Shown: in pieces, positions 9,375 through 19,701 of the stretch
Layout of the letters: each line of letters opens with the position of its first letter
Position numbering within the stretch: the stretch's first letter is position 1
Source: Gemmatimonadota bacterium
Lineage (GTDB): Bacteria; Gemmatimonadota; Gemmatimonadetes; Palauibacterales; KS3-K002
NCBI GenBank assembly: GCA_039586795.1
Contig: JBDHJS010000016.1
Coordinates: forward strand, 1-64,000
Reading direction: 5' to 3'
Length of the DNA stretch: 64,000 nt
Position numbers and translations under genes: made by a program
Notes under the pieces: model-generated
What the model saw: only the letters and a program-made list of their open reading frames with translations
The model's database searches: none
Told to the model about the DNA's origin: nothing

Positions 9375-10439
9375 CTAGCAGATCCTCCCACCGCCCAGCA
9401 GGACATCTCCGCCATAGATAGCAGCTGACTGGCCTGGCGTGACCGCGCGGTGTGGGTCGTACAGCTGGATAGATACGCGGTCCGGTACGGAATCCTCGAT
9501 CTGGCCGGGGACAGCGTTGCCGCGATGACGGATTTGCACGCTCACCTGATCGCCGGGCTCCGGCGCGTCGCCCAGCCAGTTGAGCTGTTCGACAGACACG
9601 AGCCGGGAGTCGAGAGCGTCGACGGGCCCGACGAAGATAGATCGGGTGTCAGGATCGATGCGGACCACGTAGATCGCTTCCGAGAATCCTCCGGGCAGAC
9701 CCTTTCGCTGCCCGATCGTGAACCGGCAGTAGCCCGGATGCTCCCCGATCTGTTCACCGTCCAGGGTCAGGATAGGCCCGGGCTGGAAAGCCGGGTGCTC
9801 GGGCTGGAGGCGCGTCGCCAGGAACCCGGCATAGTCGCCGTCCGGTACGAAGCAGATGTCGAAGCTCTCGGGCTTGTCGGCCGTGGCGAGGCCTAGCGCC
9901 CGGGCATGCTCACGTACCTCCGGTTTCGATAATTCGCCGAGTGGCAGTTCGAGGACCTCGAGAACTTCGCGGTCGATCCCCCACAAGAAGTAGCTCTGGT
10001 CTTTTGAGCGATCCGCCGCGCGTAGGAGTCGCGTGCCGCCGTTCTCTCGTTCGATTCTCGCGTAGTGGCCCGTGGCGATTCGGTCACAGCCCAACATGCG
10101 GGCCCGGCGGAGCAAGTCGCGGAATTTCGTGTGCGAGTTGCAGAGGACGCAGGGATTGGGCGTTCGTCCGCGTCCGTATTCCGCAACGAAATCGTCGATG
10201 ACGTCGCTGGTGAACTCCTCTTCCAGGTCGAAGACGTAATGCGGGATGTCGAGGGCGTGAGCGACGGCCCGCGCGTCGGCGATGCCCTCGAGGCCGCAGC
10301 AGGTCTTCGACGAGCCGGGGACCTCGCTGTAGCAGAAGGTTTTGATGGTGGCGCCGATGGATTCGTGGCCTTGCTGCTTGATTAATGCGGCTGCCAGGGA
10401 GGAATCGACCCCGCCACTCATCGCGATTAGGACTTTGAT
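9375..10439 (-). CDS. mnmA: tRNA 2-thiouridylase MnmA (probable ATC start at 10439; first ATG at 10421)
   Basis: KVLIAMSGGVDSS, TPNPCVLCN, ATGHYAR, KDQSYFL, TIGQRKG, AVTPGQ. Confidence 0.95.
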   Translation of the reverse strand: MKVLIAMSGGVDSSLAAALIKQQGHESIGATIKTFCYSEVPGSSKTCCGLEGIADARAVAHALDIPHYVFDLEEEFTSDVIDDFVAEYGRGRTPNPCVLCNSHTKFRDLLRRARMLGCDRIATGHYARIERENGGTRLLRAADRSKDQSYFLWGIDREVLEVLELPLGELSKPEVREHARALGLATADKPESFDICFVPDGDYAGFLATRLQPEHPAFQPGPILTLDGEQIGEHPGYCRFTIGQRKGLPGGFSEAIYVVRIDPDTRSIFVGPVDALDSRLVSVEQLNWLGDAPEPGDQVSVQIRHRGNAVPGQIEDSVPDRVSIQLYDPHRAVTPGQSAAIYGGDVLLGGGRIC

Positions 10440-10454
10440 ACTTGCTTCTCCGCG

Positions 10455-11618
10455 CTAGCCAGGACTCGAGAACTCCCGAACACGTTGCAGGATCGCAGGA
10501 AATCTCTCCAGCACATACTCGATGTCGGGTTCCCGAGTTCCCCAGCCGACGCTGATCCGCATCGAGTTCCGCGCCAGATCGCCCTCGCGTCCCATCGCCA
10601 TCATGACATGGGAAGGTTCCACGCTGCCCGTCGTGCACGCCGAGCCAGAAGAGATGCAAATTCCTTCGAGGTCGAGAGAGGTGAGAAGCCCTTCGATGTC
10701 GACGTCGGGAATCGAGATGTTGGAGACGGTGGGCAGACGCTGCGGCGCGTCGCCGCCGTTCACCACGATCTCGGGAATCGCGCTCTTGAGACCGGCCTCG
10801 AGACCGTCCCGGAGCTGCGCCAACCTCGACGATTCCTGCGCGAGCTCCTGATGCGCGATGTCGGCGGCAACGGCAAATCCGACTATCCCCGCCACATTTT
10901 CGGTACCGGGACGCAGCCCAGCTTCATGGCCGCCGCCGTAGGCGAGGGGCTCGAGCTCGGTGTCGGCGGCAATGAGGAGCGCGCCCGTTCCCACGGGCCC
11001 AGCCAACTTATGAGCAGAGAACGCTGTCAGATGGACGCCGGCGGCCTCAGGCGCGACGGGTATCTTCCCCAACGCCTGCACCGCGTCGCTGTGGAACAGA
11101 GCTCCGCGCTCACGGCAAGCTTCGGCGATCGCGGCTATGGGCTGTACCACTCCCGTCTCGTTGTTTGCCCACATGACGGAGACGAGCGTCGGTCGGCCGT
11201 CCGTCGGCAACAGACGCTTGAGCTCGGCTACGTCGAGGACGCAGCGGCTGTCGACAGGGGCCATGCGAACGTCGTAGCCGGTCGTGGCGAGTGCTGCGCC
11301 TGCGGCGACTACGGCCTTGTGCTCAACGGTTGAGCGTATGACACAGCCGTCGGGGTGACGGCGGGCGAATCCGAGAACCGCCAGATTGTCCGCTTCGCTG
11401 CCCGAGCCGGTAAAGACCAGTTTGGCCGTGTTGGCGGCGAGGACGGTTAGCAAACGCTGGCGAGCCTCTTCGAGGGCAGCTTTGGCGTTGCGGCCGAACG
11501 AGTGAATGCTGGATGGGTTACCGAACCCCGGCTCCAGGAACCGGGCCATCGCTTCGCGGACCTGCGGGCGCGGCGGCGTCGTCGCCGAGTAGTCGAGATA
11601 GATGGGGTCTCGCATCAC
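10455..11618 (-). CDS. iscS: Cysteine desulfurase, IscS/NifS family
   Basis: IYLDYSATTP, GNPSSIH, SAHK PLP lysine, SSGSACT. Confidence 0.93.
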   Translation of the reverse strand: MMRDPIYLDYSATTPPRPQVREAMARFLEPGFGNPSSIHSFGRNAKAALEEARQRLLTVLAANTAKLVFTGSGSEADNLAVLGFARRHPDGCVIRSTVEHKAVVAAGAALATTGYDVRMAPVDSRCVLDVAELKRLLPTDGRPTLVSVMWANNETGVVQPIAAIAEACRERGALFHSDAVQALGKIPVAPEAAGVHLTAFSAHKLAGPVGTGALLIAADTELEPLAYGGGHEAGLRPGTENVAGIVGFAVAADIAHQELAQESSRLAQLRDGLEAGLKSAIPEIVVNGGDAPQRLPTVSNISIPDVDIEGLLTSLDLEGICISSGSACTTGSVEPSHVMMAMGREGDLARNSMRISVGWGTREPDIEYVLERFPAILQRVREFSSPG

Positions 11619-12332
11619 CTAGAAGCTGCTGACCGAAAGGTCCACGACGTCATCGATCTGAGTGGTCTCTCGCGTATAGAACGGCTCGCCGTAGGCGGTG
11701 CGGATCAACGACCCGCAGTGCGCGTCCTGGATTCGAACCAGATCGTACATCGGTACGTCGGCAGGGAAGAGCTCACCGAGCGACTTGACGCCGTCGAACT
11801 GGGATCCGTAACAACGGATCGCGTCCAGCTTGCGCTCGAACGTATCGCTCGTGTCGACGACGAAGGTCGGTTTGTATGCGTGCTCCCGGTAGGCGAGGGC
11901 ATAAAGGACCTTGGTCGGTCGGTGCGGCTCTCCGTTGGCGGGATAGTTCTTCAATCCGGCCAGAAAGCAAGCGTCGTAGCCGAGCTCCGAAGAGACCCGG
12001 TGGTCCGGATGGCGTCCGTCCAGATAGGGCAGAATCACCGTCCGCGGACGTAGCTCGCGGATCGCTTCCACGAGGCGAATCCGGCTGTCCTGGTCGTTCT
12101 GAATGGCTGCGTCGGGCAGTCCGAGGTTGAGGCGGCGCATCAGTCCGAGAAGCTCCGCTGCTCTTTCGGCTTCCTGTCTGCGTGTCTCCCGGTCGCCGCG
12201 GGACCCGAGCTCGCCGGCGGTGAGGTCGAGTATACCGGTCTTGTGGCCCTGGTCGGCGGCTCGGATGAGAGTTCCGCCGCAGAGCAGCTCGGCGTCATCG
12301 GGGTGCGGCATGATTGCCAGCAGATCGATCAT
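11619..12332 (-). CDS. bshB1: PIG-L family deacetylase, bacillithiol biosynthesis BshB1-like
   Basis: PHPDDAE, DLTAGELGSRG, RHPDH, YGEPF. Confidence 0.85.
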   Translation of the reverse strand: MIDLLAIMPHPDDAELLCGGTLIRAADQGHKTGILDLTAGELGSRGDRETRRQEAERAAELLGLMRRLNLGLPDAAIQNDQDSRIRLVEAIRELRPRTVILPYLDGRHPDHRVSSELGYDACFLAGLKNYPANGEPHRPTKVLYALAYREHAYKPTFVVDTSDTFERKLDAIRCYGSQFDGVKSLGELFPADVPMYDLVRIQDAHCGSLIRTAYGEPFYTRETTQIDDVVDLSVSSF

Positions 12333-12404
12333 GGTTCCATCACGTCTGTGTCTGGGCCAAGGCAGAAATATCAGTGAAACGGTCCACGCTGTACACCCGA
12401 TACC

Positions 12405-12479
12405 CTCCTGCTCGTGCTCCTGCTCGTGATCGCGATCAGGAGCAGGAGCAGCTCGTGATCGCGATCAGGAGCAGGAGCA
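12405..12479. repeat. Hexamer-built palindrome (CTCGTG/CTCCTG) with a perfect 29-bp tandem duplication
   Basis: 36-bp near-perfect palindrome at 12415-12450 centred on GATCGCGATC; 12422-12450 is identical to 12451-12479. Confidence 0.9.
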
Positions 12480-12492
12480 AGGAGGATAGAAG

Positions 12493-13758
12493 CTACTCGT
12501 ATCTCAGGGCGTGGACGGGGTCCAGGCGCGAAGCGCGGACAGCCGGGAAGAGGCCGAACACAATACCGGTGAACGCCGCCGCCCCGAGCGCGGCGAAGAT
12601 CGACCACAGCGGGATTACAGCCGGTACAGGGGTGAACTTGTTTAGCGACCAGGCCACGATACCGCCGAGAGCGAGACCGAACGCGCCGCCGATCGTGGTG
12701 AGTGTTGACGCTTCGACGAGGAACTGCAAGAGGATGTCGCGCCGTGTGGCGCCCAGCGCTTTGCGGATGCCGATCTCGCGGGTACGCTCCGTGACCGAGA
12801 CGACCATGACCGCGATGACACCTATACCGCCGACCATCAAACCGACGCTGGAGAGAGCGAACATGACGGTGAACAGCGCCGCCGTGAGCTGATTCCACAC
12901 CTCGGTGACCCGATCCTGCGTGACGAGGTCGAAGTTGTTCTCTTCGCCCGGCGATAGTCCGCGGATCGCGCGCATACGCCCGGTGATCTGGTCGATGGAG
13001 CGGGCCAGGAAAGTGGCCGGCTTTGCTACTACGGTGATCCAGATCAGGTCCTCGAACGAGACCCACCGGATGTTACCGAACAGGTACTTCTTGCCCGTGT
13101 TGTAGGGAACGAACACACGGTTGCCGCCCAGTGACGCAAAGAGGTTGGGCGGCGCCTTGTAGACGCCGACGACCTTGAAGGCGTGATTACCGATGCGGAA
13201 GGTACGGCCGACGGCGTCGAGCGGCGCGAAGAGGTCGCGCGCCGTCGAGCTGTCGATGACGGCGACTGGCCACCCCCCGTCTTCTTCAGGTTGGGTATAG
13301 AAGCGGCCAGCGACTATGTCGCCGGCGTCGGTCTGCATGAAGTCCGGTGGCACGGCCAGGATGCTGGCCCGCGTCTCGTTGCTGCCGTACTTCAGCGTCA
13401 TGTTGATCCAGGAGAGGTCAGCCGAAGCGTAGGCGTTCTCGACGGTGGAGGCCAACTCGATTTCGCGAGCGTACCATTTCTTGAGCTCGGGGCGGCGTCG
13501 CCAGGTCGGGTCCTCTTCCTCGAGGCCGGTGTTCATTTCGACGCCGTACGACTTGACGACATAGTAGGTATTCGGTCCAGCTGCCTCGATCGCTTCCTCG
13601 AAGCTGCCATTGACGCCCTGGATCACCGATGCCATGGCTACGACGACAAGGACGCCGATGCCGACACCCAGGATCGTGAGTCCGGTTCGGACCTTGCTTT
13701 GGCGCAGCGCGTCCAGCGCTATGCCGACAGCTTCCCCAAAGCCTCTGAGTCTCAACAT
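12493..13758 (-). CDS. MacB/FtsX-family ABC transporter permease
   Basis: VGGIGVIAVMVVSVTERTREIGIRKALGA; ends RLDPVHALRYE. Confidence 0.93.
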   Translation of the reverse strand: MLRLRGFGEAVGIALDALRQSKVRTGLTILGVGIGVLVVVAMASVIQGVNGSFEEAIEAAGPNTYYVVKSYGVEMNTGLEEEDPTWRRRPELKKWYAREIELASTVENAYASADLSWINMTLKYGSNETRASILAVPPDFMQTDAGDIVAGRFYTQPEEDGGWPVAVIDSSTARDLFAPLDAVGRTFRIGNHAFKVVGVYKAPPNLFASLGGNRVFVPYNTGKKYLFGNIRWVSFEDLIWITVVAKPATFLARSIDQITGRMRAIRGLSPGEENNFDLVTQDRVTEVWNQLTAALFTVMFALSSVGLMVGGIGVIAVMVVSVTERTREIGIRKALGATRRDILLQFLVEASTLTTIGGAFGLALGGIVAWSLNKFTPVPAVIPLWSIFAALGAAAFTGIVFGLFPAVRASRLDPVHALRYE

Positions 13759-13770
13759 GGCAACCTCGGC

Positions 13771-15015
13771 TTACTCGTAGCGGAGCGCGACTATCGGGTC
13801 CAACCTTGAGGCGCGCAGCGCTGGATAGACGCCAAAGACAATTCCCACCAGCAGGCCCAACGCCACTCCCACCGCAATCGACCACATGGGCACGGTGGTG
13901 GGTAGCGGGGTGGCGGCGTCGACAAGCTTCGCCAGGCCGCCGCCAAGGGCCATCCCGAGAACCGCTCCAACCATGGACAGCGTGGCCGATTCGGCGAGGA
14001 ACTGTCGTGTGATGTCGATGCGGCGCGCACCCAACGCTTTGCGGACGCCGATCTCCCGAGTCCTCTCCAGCACCGACATCAGCATGATGTTCATGATCAC
14101 GATTCCGCCGACGACGAGCGCGACGGCCACAAGGCCAGGCCCCGCTGCGAGCAGCACCTTTTTGATGCCGTTCCAGGCGTCGAGAACTTCGCTGGCGGTT
14201 TCGATGGAAAAGTCGTTCTCCTCACCGGGATATAGGCCGTGCCGGGCGCGTAGCGTCTCCTCGGTCACGGACAGGCCCACCGCCATCTGCTCTTCAGTTT
14301 CGAACTTGAGCTGGATGTCCTCGACGACGTTGCGGCGATAGGCGAAGTCGGCCTGGAACGAGCCGAACGGGATCACCACGGCCGCGTCGCGGATGACGCC
14401 GATGAAGCCACCCTGTCTTTGAAGAACTCCGACCACGCGATACTTGAACGGGCCGAGTCGGATTTCCTTACCGATGGGCGACTCGTCGGGGTAGAGCTTC
14501 ATCCGAATGGCGTCGCCAATGACCGCGATGCGGATGCTGCGCGCGTCGTCGATCCCGGTTATTCCGCGACCTTCGACGACGTCCCAGCCTTGCAGCGCCA
14601 GGTACTGGTCGGTGACGCCGATGAGGCGCACGTTCTTGCGTCGATTGGCTCCCGCCCAGACCTCTGGCAGACCGCGGTCGCTGTGATAGGCCAGGTACAT
14701 GATGTCGGGCACGGTCTCGCGCAGCGCCTCGGCGTCATCCACCTTGATCCACGGGCGCCGGGACTCCTGCCGGCGCGTTCTGGCGTCCTCCCGCCCTTGT
14801 TGCCGCGACCAGATCCGGTTGATCGTTATGGTGTTGATGCCGAAGATCGAGCCCGCGAAGTCTTCCTGGACGTAGCGGTTCATCCCCTCGACCACGGCGA
14901 CCACCGCGATCAAGAATGTGACCCCGACGATCACACCCAAAAGCGTGAAGAACGACTTCAGCTTTTGAGCCCAGACGGTTCGCAGGGCGAGGACGATGGA
15001 ATCGAATACGTTCAA
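13771..15015 (-). CDS. MacB/FtsX-family ABC transporter permease
   Basis: [29 protein letters not shown]; ends [10 protein letters not shown]. Confidence 0.93.
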   Translation of the reverse strand: MNVFDSIVLALRTVWAQKLKSFFTLLGVIVGVTFLIAVVAVVEGMNRYVQEDFAGSIFGINTITINRIWSRQQGREDARTRRQESRRPWIKVDDAEALRETVPDIMYLAYHSDRGLPEVWAGANRRKNVRLIGVTDQYLALQGWDVVEGRGITGIDDARSIRIAVIGDAIRMKLYPDESPIGKEIRLGPFKYRVVGVLQRQGGFIGVIRDAAVVIPFGSFQADFAYRRNVVEDIQLKFETEEQMAVGLSVTEETLRARHGLYPGEENDFSIETASEVLDAWNGIKKVLLAAGPGLVAVALVVGGIVIMNIMLMSVLERTREIGVRKALGARRIDITRQFLAESATLSMVGAVLGMALGGGLAKLVDAATPLPTTVPMWSIAVGVALGLLVGIVFGVYPALRASRLDPIVALRYE

Positions 15016-15731
15016 GCTACGGGTGCACCTATCTGATGAAGTTCGTCGGTCTCGACCTTGCCGTCGCGCAATGTGATCAATCGCTCAGCGTAGGCCGCGA
15101 TGTCGCGCTCGTGTGTGACCAGGAGGATCGTCTCACCGCGTTTATGCAGGTTGACGAAGATGTTCATGATCTCTTCCGACGTATGAGAGTCCAGGTTGCC
15201 GGTCGGCTCATCGGCGAGCACAAGCGACGGCTGGTTGACCAGGGCTCTGGCGATGGCGACGCGCTGGCGCTCACCGCCGGACAGCTCGTTCGGATGATGG
15301 GTCATGCGATCGGCCAGGCCGACTGCGTCCAGTGCCTCCTGTGCTTGCTTGCGACGTGCCTTGGCGGGCATGCCGGAGTAGATCAACGGCAACTCGACGT
15401 TGTGCAAGGCCGTCGTTCGCGATAGGAGATTGAAAGTCTGGAAGACGAAGCCGATCTCGCGGTTGCGGATGCGAGCCAACTCGTTGTCGTCCAGCTTCGA
15501 GACTTCCTCTCCGCTTAGCCAATATTGGCCGTGGCTCGGCGTATCGAGGCAGCCGATCAGGTTGAGCAACGTCGATTTTCCGGATCCCGATGGGCCCATG
15601 ATGGCCACGAGCTCGTTCTTGTCGATCTGGATGTCGACCCCGGCCAGGGCGTGAACGGTTTCGGCTCCCAGCTCGTAGTCCTTCTTGAGTTCACGCGTAA
15701 GGATGACCGCGTTGTTTGGTGGCTGAATCAT
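15012..15731 (-). CDS. ABC ATP-binding protein, MacB/LolD family
   Basis: [33 protein letters not shown]. Confidence 0.95.
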   Translation of the reverse strand: MIQPPNNAVILTRELKKDYELGAETVHALAGVDIQIDKNELVAIMGPSGSGKSTLLNLIGCLDTPSHGQYWLSGEEVSKLDDNELARIRNREIGFVFQTFNLLSRTTALHNVELPLIYSGMPAKARRKQAQEALDAVGLADRMTHHPNELSGGERQRVAIARALVNQPSLVLADEPTGNLDSHTSEEIMNIFVNLHKRGETILLVTHERDIAAYAERLITLRDGKVETDELHQIGAPVA

Positions 15732-17027
15732 CTATTCGTTCCTCTCTTCTCCGCCATCGCCGCCTTGGGCTCTGACCAGATCTCCGTTCTGTAGCTCGCG
15801 GATGGCCTGGAACGTGCCGGCGACGATTACATCGCCTTCCTCCAGCCCTTCCAGCACTTCGAAGTGATCGCGGCCAGCTATGCCGATGACGACGGGAACG
15901 AAGCGGACGGTGTTGTCGTCGTTGAGTACGAATACCCCTTCGACCTCCGCTTGCTCCTCTTCACTGTTCTGGTCGGCCAGCTCGATCTCCTCGTTGCCGG
16001 TGTCGCCAGGCGACCTCTCCTCCTCGAGTTCCGGCCGGCGCATGGTCAACGAGATGATCGGGACGGACAGGACGCTGTCCCGCACCTCGGCGACGACGTC
16101 GGCGGTGGAAGAGAGATCGGTGCGGAGCGAGGAGGGTGGATTGTCGAGCCGGATGACGACTTCGAAGTCGACGGACTGATCCGACGTGAGCCCGCTGAGA
16201 CCGGCCACGCCGCCCTGGATCGAGCTGTGCCCGATCTCGGTTACCCTTCCGGTGAACACCTGGTTGGGGAACGCGTCGATCTCGATGGAAGCGCTATCCC
16301 CCAGCTCGATCTGCGGGATATCGGTTTCGTCGACCTCGACGACCGCTTCCATCTCAGACAGGTCGGCGACAGTCAACAGCACCGTTCCCGGGTTGTTCAT
16401 GGTTCCGACAATGGCCGTCTCGCCCTGCTCGACGTTGAGACGAACGACGCGGCCGGTCATCGGCGCAGTAATCACCGTCTTGCTGAGGCGGTCACGCGCC
16501 TCGCGCAGGGTGGCGCGGGCCTGCTCGACCATGTGCTCGGACGCCTCGTAGAGCGCCTGCTGCACCTCGAAGTTGGTGAGCGCGTCTTCCAGCTCTTGTT
16601 CCGAGATGAGCTCGGGGTTTTGCTCGCGGATACGTCGAGTGCGTCGGAGCAGGCGATCCGCTTGGTCGCGACTGGCCCGGGACTGTGCTGCGTTAGCCTG
16701 AGACGAGCTGAGCGCCGCTTCGGACCGCTGAGCGGCGGCGATGAAGGTGTTGGGATCGATGATCAGCAGGGTATCGCCCTCCGTGGTCCAGTCACCCTCG
16801 TCGACGCGGAGGTCGACGATGCGGCCGGACACGTCGGCCTGGATCTCCACCCTGAGATGCGGGCGAATGCGGCCGCTGGCCGTCACGACCTGCACCAGGT
16901 CTCGACGCTGGACTTCCTCGGTGCGTACCCTGGCCCCTCCACGTTGGCCTTGTCGTAAAGCTAGCATGACGAAGATCGCCAGCACGATCACGACGGTGCC
17001 TGCGATGAGTGCTTTCTTTTTATTCAC
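15732..17027 (-). CDS. Efflux periplasmic adaptor (MacA/HlyD family)
   Basis: N-terminal TM anchor, lipoyl halves flanking a coiled coil (ITAPMTGRV), VDETDI; GTG start inferred. Confidence 0.92.
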   Translation of the reverse strand: MNKKKALIAGTVVIVLAIFVMLALRQGQRGGARVRTEEVQRRDLVQVVTASGRIRPHLRVEIQADVSGRIVDLRVDEGDWTTEGDTLLIIDPNTFIAAAQRSEAALSSSQANAAQSRASRDQADRLLRRTRRIREQNPELISEQELEDALTNFEVQQALYEASEHMVEQARATLREARDRLSKTVITAPMTGRVVRLNVEQGETAIVGTMNNPGTVLLTVADLSEMEAVVEVDETDIPQIELGDSASIEIDAFPNQVFTGRVTEIGHSSIQGGVAGLSGLTSDQSVDFEVVIRLDNPPSSLRTDLSSTADVVAEVRDSVLSVPIISLTMRRPELEEERSPGDTGNEEIELADQNSEEEQAEVEGVFVLNDDNTVRFVPVVIGIAGRDHFEVLEGLEEGDVIVAGTFQAIRELQNGDLVRAQGGDGGEERNE

Positions 17028-17064
17028 ACCACTACTCCCTTGTGGGTCACTTCCGTTCAATCGC

Positions 17065-18594
17065 CTAGGGCTGCAGGTCGAGCGCGTGACCAACCGCGGC
17101 TTCGAGCGCGGCCATCGACAGGTGGAACCCGAAGATCGCGTCGATGTAGTCGACCTCGGCCAGCGTCGTCAGCGTCTGGGAATCGAGCAGCTCGAGGAAG
17201 GTTCCAGCCCCCAGCTGGTAGCGCTCAGTGGCGAGGCGCAGCGCCTCGCGCGCCCGTTCTCTGTTGTCTCCTTGAACCACGACGGTCTGGTAAGCGGTCT
17301 CCAAGTTGTGCGTCGCCTCGGTGACGTCAGCGGTGATCTGCAGCTCCAACCCTCGGATACCGTACTCGATATCGTTGCGCTGTGTCACGGCCCGCTCGAC
17401 GCTGAGCTGACGGTCGAACCCGGTGAAGACGGGGAACGAGAAGAAGGCGCTGATCGTCAACGGCGAGTTGCTGAAGCTGAACGGGAACTGGTCGTTAGCC
17501 TGTCTCAGAGTCTGGTCGAGGAAGAGAGCATCATCGACCGTGAAACCGAAGTCGCCCTGACAGTCCGAGAACTGCGGTGGTACCGAGCCCGTGGATGCGT
17601 CGTACAGTTCGTTGAACGTATTGCACAGGCCGACTGCCGACTGGGAGTTGCTTTCGGCGTTTGATATAGAATTCTCAACACGCGCGTCGATGTCGGTCTC
17701 TTCACGAGTGAAGCCGTTCCATCTGGCCTGCAACGACAGCGTCGGCAAGAAAGCCGACTTTGCCACCTTGACGGTCGAGTTGGCGGCGTCTCTGTCGGCA
17801 CGCATGGCGATGAGGCTGGGGTTCGTCATGGTGGCTTCATTGACCAGCGCCTGAATGTTGACGCTCGGCTCGAAGACCTCGAACTCGCTCACGAGCTCGA
17901 TGTTTTCAGTCTGGTCGGCAGGTACATCTACACCGAGCCACTGGATCAGTCGGAGCTTCGATACCCGTGCCCGGTTGAACGCGATCACCATGTCAACTTC
18001 GGCTTGTCCGCGGGCCACATCGGCCTGCATCGTTTCCAGCCGCGTACCGGCGCCGACCTGCTCGCGTGCCTCCGCCAATCGAAGGTGCTCCTCGGTGCGC
18101 CGGAATTCGCGCTCGGCCTGCTCGGCTCGGGCCTGCAGCCTGAGCACTTCCAGGTAGACGATGGTAATGTTGTTTGCCAACTGAATGTCGGCATCGTCGA
18201 TCCTGAGCTCGGTCGCCGTCTTCTCGGCCTTAGCTTGCGATGGCGCGAATAGCGTCTGGCCGTTCAGGCTGTAGCTCAGCGAGAACGAGTAGTTGGAGAT
18301 CAACACCGAGGGCTGCGGGAACGTCGCGCCACCGACTCGGTCGATACCGGCGTCCTGCCAACTGGCCGCGAAGCTGATGTTGGCGTCCGGCAGGAAGAGG
18401 TTGGAATTAGCCGCCCTGACTCCCCACCGCGCCGGACCCATATCGTTTAGCGTGGCCAGGAAGTTCGGGTTGTTCTCCCGGGCGATTTCTATCGCGTCCT
18501 CGAGGGTGAGACGTATTGTCTGCTGGGCGTCTAGTGCACCCACAACACCGAAGAGGCACGCTACGAGCGTGAGATGGACCGCTCTCCACTTCAT
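17065..18594 (-). CDS. TolC-family outer membrane efflux protein
   Basis: Signal peptide, LTLEDAIEIARENNP, ERYQLGAGTFLELLD. Confidence 0.92.
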   Translation of the reverse strand: MKWRAVHLTLVACLFGVVGALDAQQTIRLTLEDAIEIARENNPNFLATLNDMGPARWGVRAANSNLFLPDANISFAASWQDAGIDRVGGATFPQPSVLISNYSFSLSYSLNGQTLFAPSQAKAEKTATELRIDDADIQLANNITIVYLEVLRLQARAEQAEREFRRTEEHLRLAEAREQVGAGTRLETMQADVARGQAEVDMVIAFNRARVSKLRLIQWLGVDVPADQTENIELVSEFEVFEPSVNIQALVNEATMTNPSLIAMRADRDAANSTVKVAKSAFLPTLSLQARWNGFTREETDIDARVENSISNAESNSQSAVGLCNTFNELYDASTGSVPPQFSDCQGDFGFTVDDALFLDQTLRQANDQFPFSFSNSPLTISAFFSFPVFTGFDRQLSVERAVTQRNDIEYGIRGLELQITADVTEATHNLETAYQTVVVQGDNRERAREALRLATERYQLGAGTFLELLDSQTLTTLAEVDYIDAIFGFHLSMAALEAAVGHALDLQP

Positions 18595-18849
18595 GTCCCA
18601 ACTCCAAGCTTGGGGGTTCTTGATGACCCGTCTGAGTTCTGAAAGGGCTTCTTAGATCGATAACAGCCGTCTTCAATAGAACGATGAGCCCAGCAACCCA
18701 CCTTTCAGGCCGAGTCCGGCCCGGCTCACCGCCCGACGCGCCGCCCCCGACTATCTCCCGGGCACGCGCCTTCCGCTCCGCGCGTAGGTGGGTGCAGCGC
18801 TTTTGCTTAGCCGTACGAGCGGGATCAGTCAAGAGTTTCGGTGCCTTGC

Positions 18850-18976
18850 GGGATTCTGGGATTCTGGGATCCAGAATTCACGAGGGTCGAGGATTGTCGC
18901 CTGGCTTTCAATTCTTCAAGCGACTCAATCCCCAACCCCCCGAAACTCGTACGCCCCGAATCTTCCAATCCCAAGG
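18850..18976. repeat. GGGATTC/GAATCCC degenerate 8-bp-period inverted repeat
   Basis: GGGATTCTGGGATTCTGGGATCC on the left and CCCCGAAACTCGTACGCCCCGAATCTTCCAATCCC on the right; similar to 37-68 and 38293-38431. Confidence 0.7.
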
Positions 18977-19690
18977 CTACCTCATCATCGTTGCCCAGGC
19001 GGCCGCAATCACAGCCCAGATCAGGTATAACGTGAATACGGTCACGATGCCTTTCCCGACCGTAATCTTGCCGCCGGACAGTCCTGACTCGATAGCCCCC
19101 AGCGCGGCCACGCCCCAGAGCCCGAACAGGTTGATGCCGTTCATCAAATGGCCGACGAACGTCGTCGGTGATTCCGGCAGCAGAAGGCCGAGCCCGAGCT
19201 TCATGTTCATGTCCTGCTTAGCGATCCAAAGTGGAACCAGGACGACGAAACCCAGCAGGTTGATCCAGTACATGTGGGAGACGGCGCTCAGGTGTTGCTT
19301 GTATGTCGAGTCACTGCCTGCCATGATGTTGAAGGCCAGGTAGACGACTCCGGAGATGATCCACGCGCCTATGAAGGTGCCAAGCAGGGCGAAGACGATC
19401 CCGGCGATCCGTGCGAACTGTATGGCCGTCGCGGGGTCCATCTGCTGATCTTGCGATCGGCCCCTCATCCCCTCTGCCACCGCGGCCTCGAAAACCTCCG
19501 CCGGCACGAGGAAGAAGAGGATCATGCTGGCGATGCCTATGATCGCCAGGTTCCAGAACCACGGCTGACGGATCCTCAAGTACTCGCCCAGACTCGTAGG
19601 CGACATGAAGGCCATCATGGCTCGCTGAAAGATGTTGAGCTCGGGCGCCGGTGGTGCGGCGCTCGCCGCTTGCTGATCTTCCAAGTTCAT
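18977..19690 (-). CDS. Yip1-domain membrane protein
   Basis: About five TM helices, FMSP N-terminal motif, NLFGLW; upstream of the exporter genes. Confidence 0.8.
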   Translation of the reverse strand: MNLEDQQAASAAPPAPELNIFQRAMMAFMSPTSLGEYLRIRQPWFWNLAIIGIASMILFFLVPAEVFEAAVAEGMRGRSQDQQMDPATAIQFARIAGIVFALLGTFIGAWIISGVVYLAFNIMAGSDSTYKQHLSAVSHMYWINLLGFVVLVPLWIAKQDMNMKLGLGLLLPESPTTFVGHLMNGINLFGLWGVAALGAIESGLSGGKITVGKGIVTVFTLYLIWAVIAAAWATMMR

Positions 19691-19701
19691 CGTTTCCCCC
19701 T

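Noticed and set aside
12405..12479. CRISPR-like 29-bp palindromic repeat
   Set aside because: Only two copies, no spacer between them, and no cas genes.
12314..12892. ORF with ARAPARDRDQEQEQ repeats
   Set aside because: It is a translation of the hexamer repeat plus antisense of the permease.
18684..19343. 219-aa plus-strand ORF
   Set aside because: Antisense to Yip1 and runs through a repeat; no recognisable motifs.
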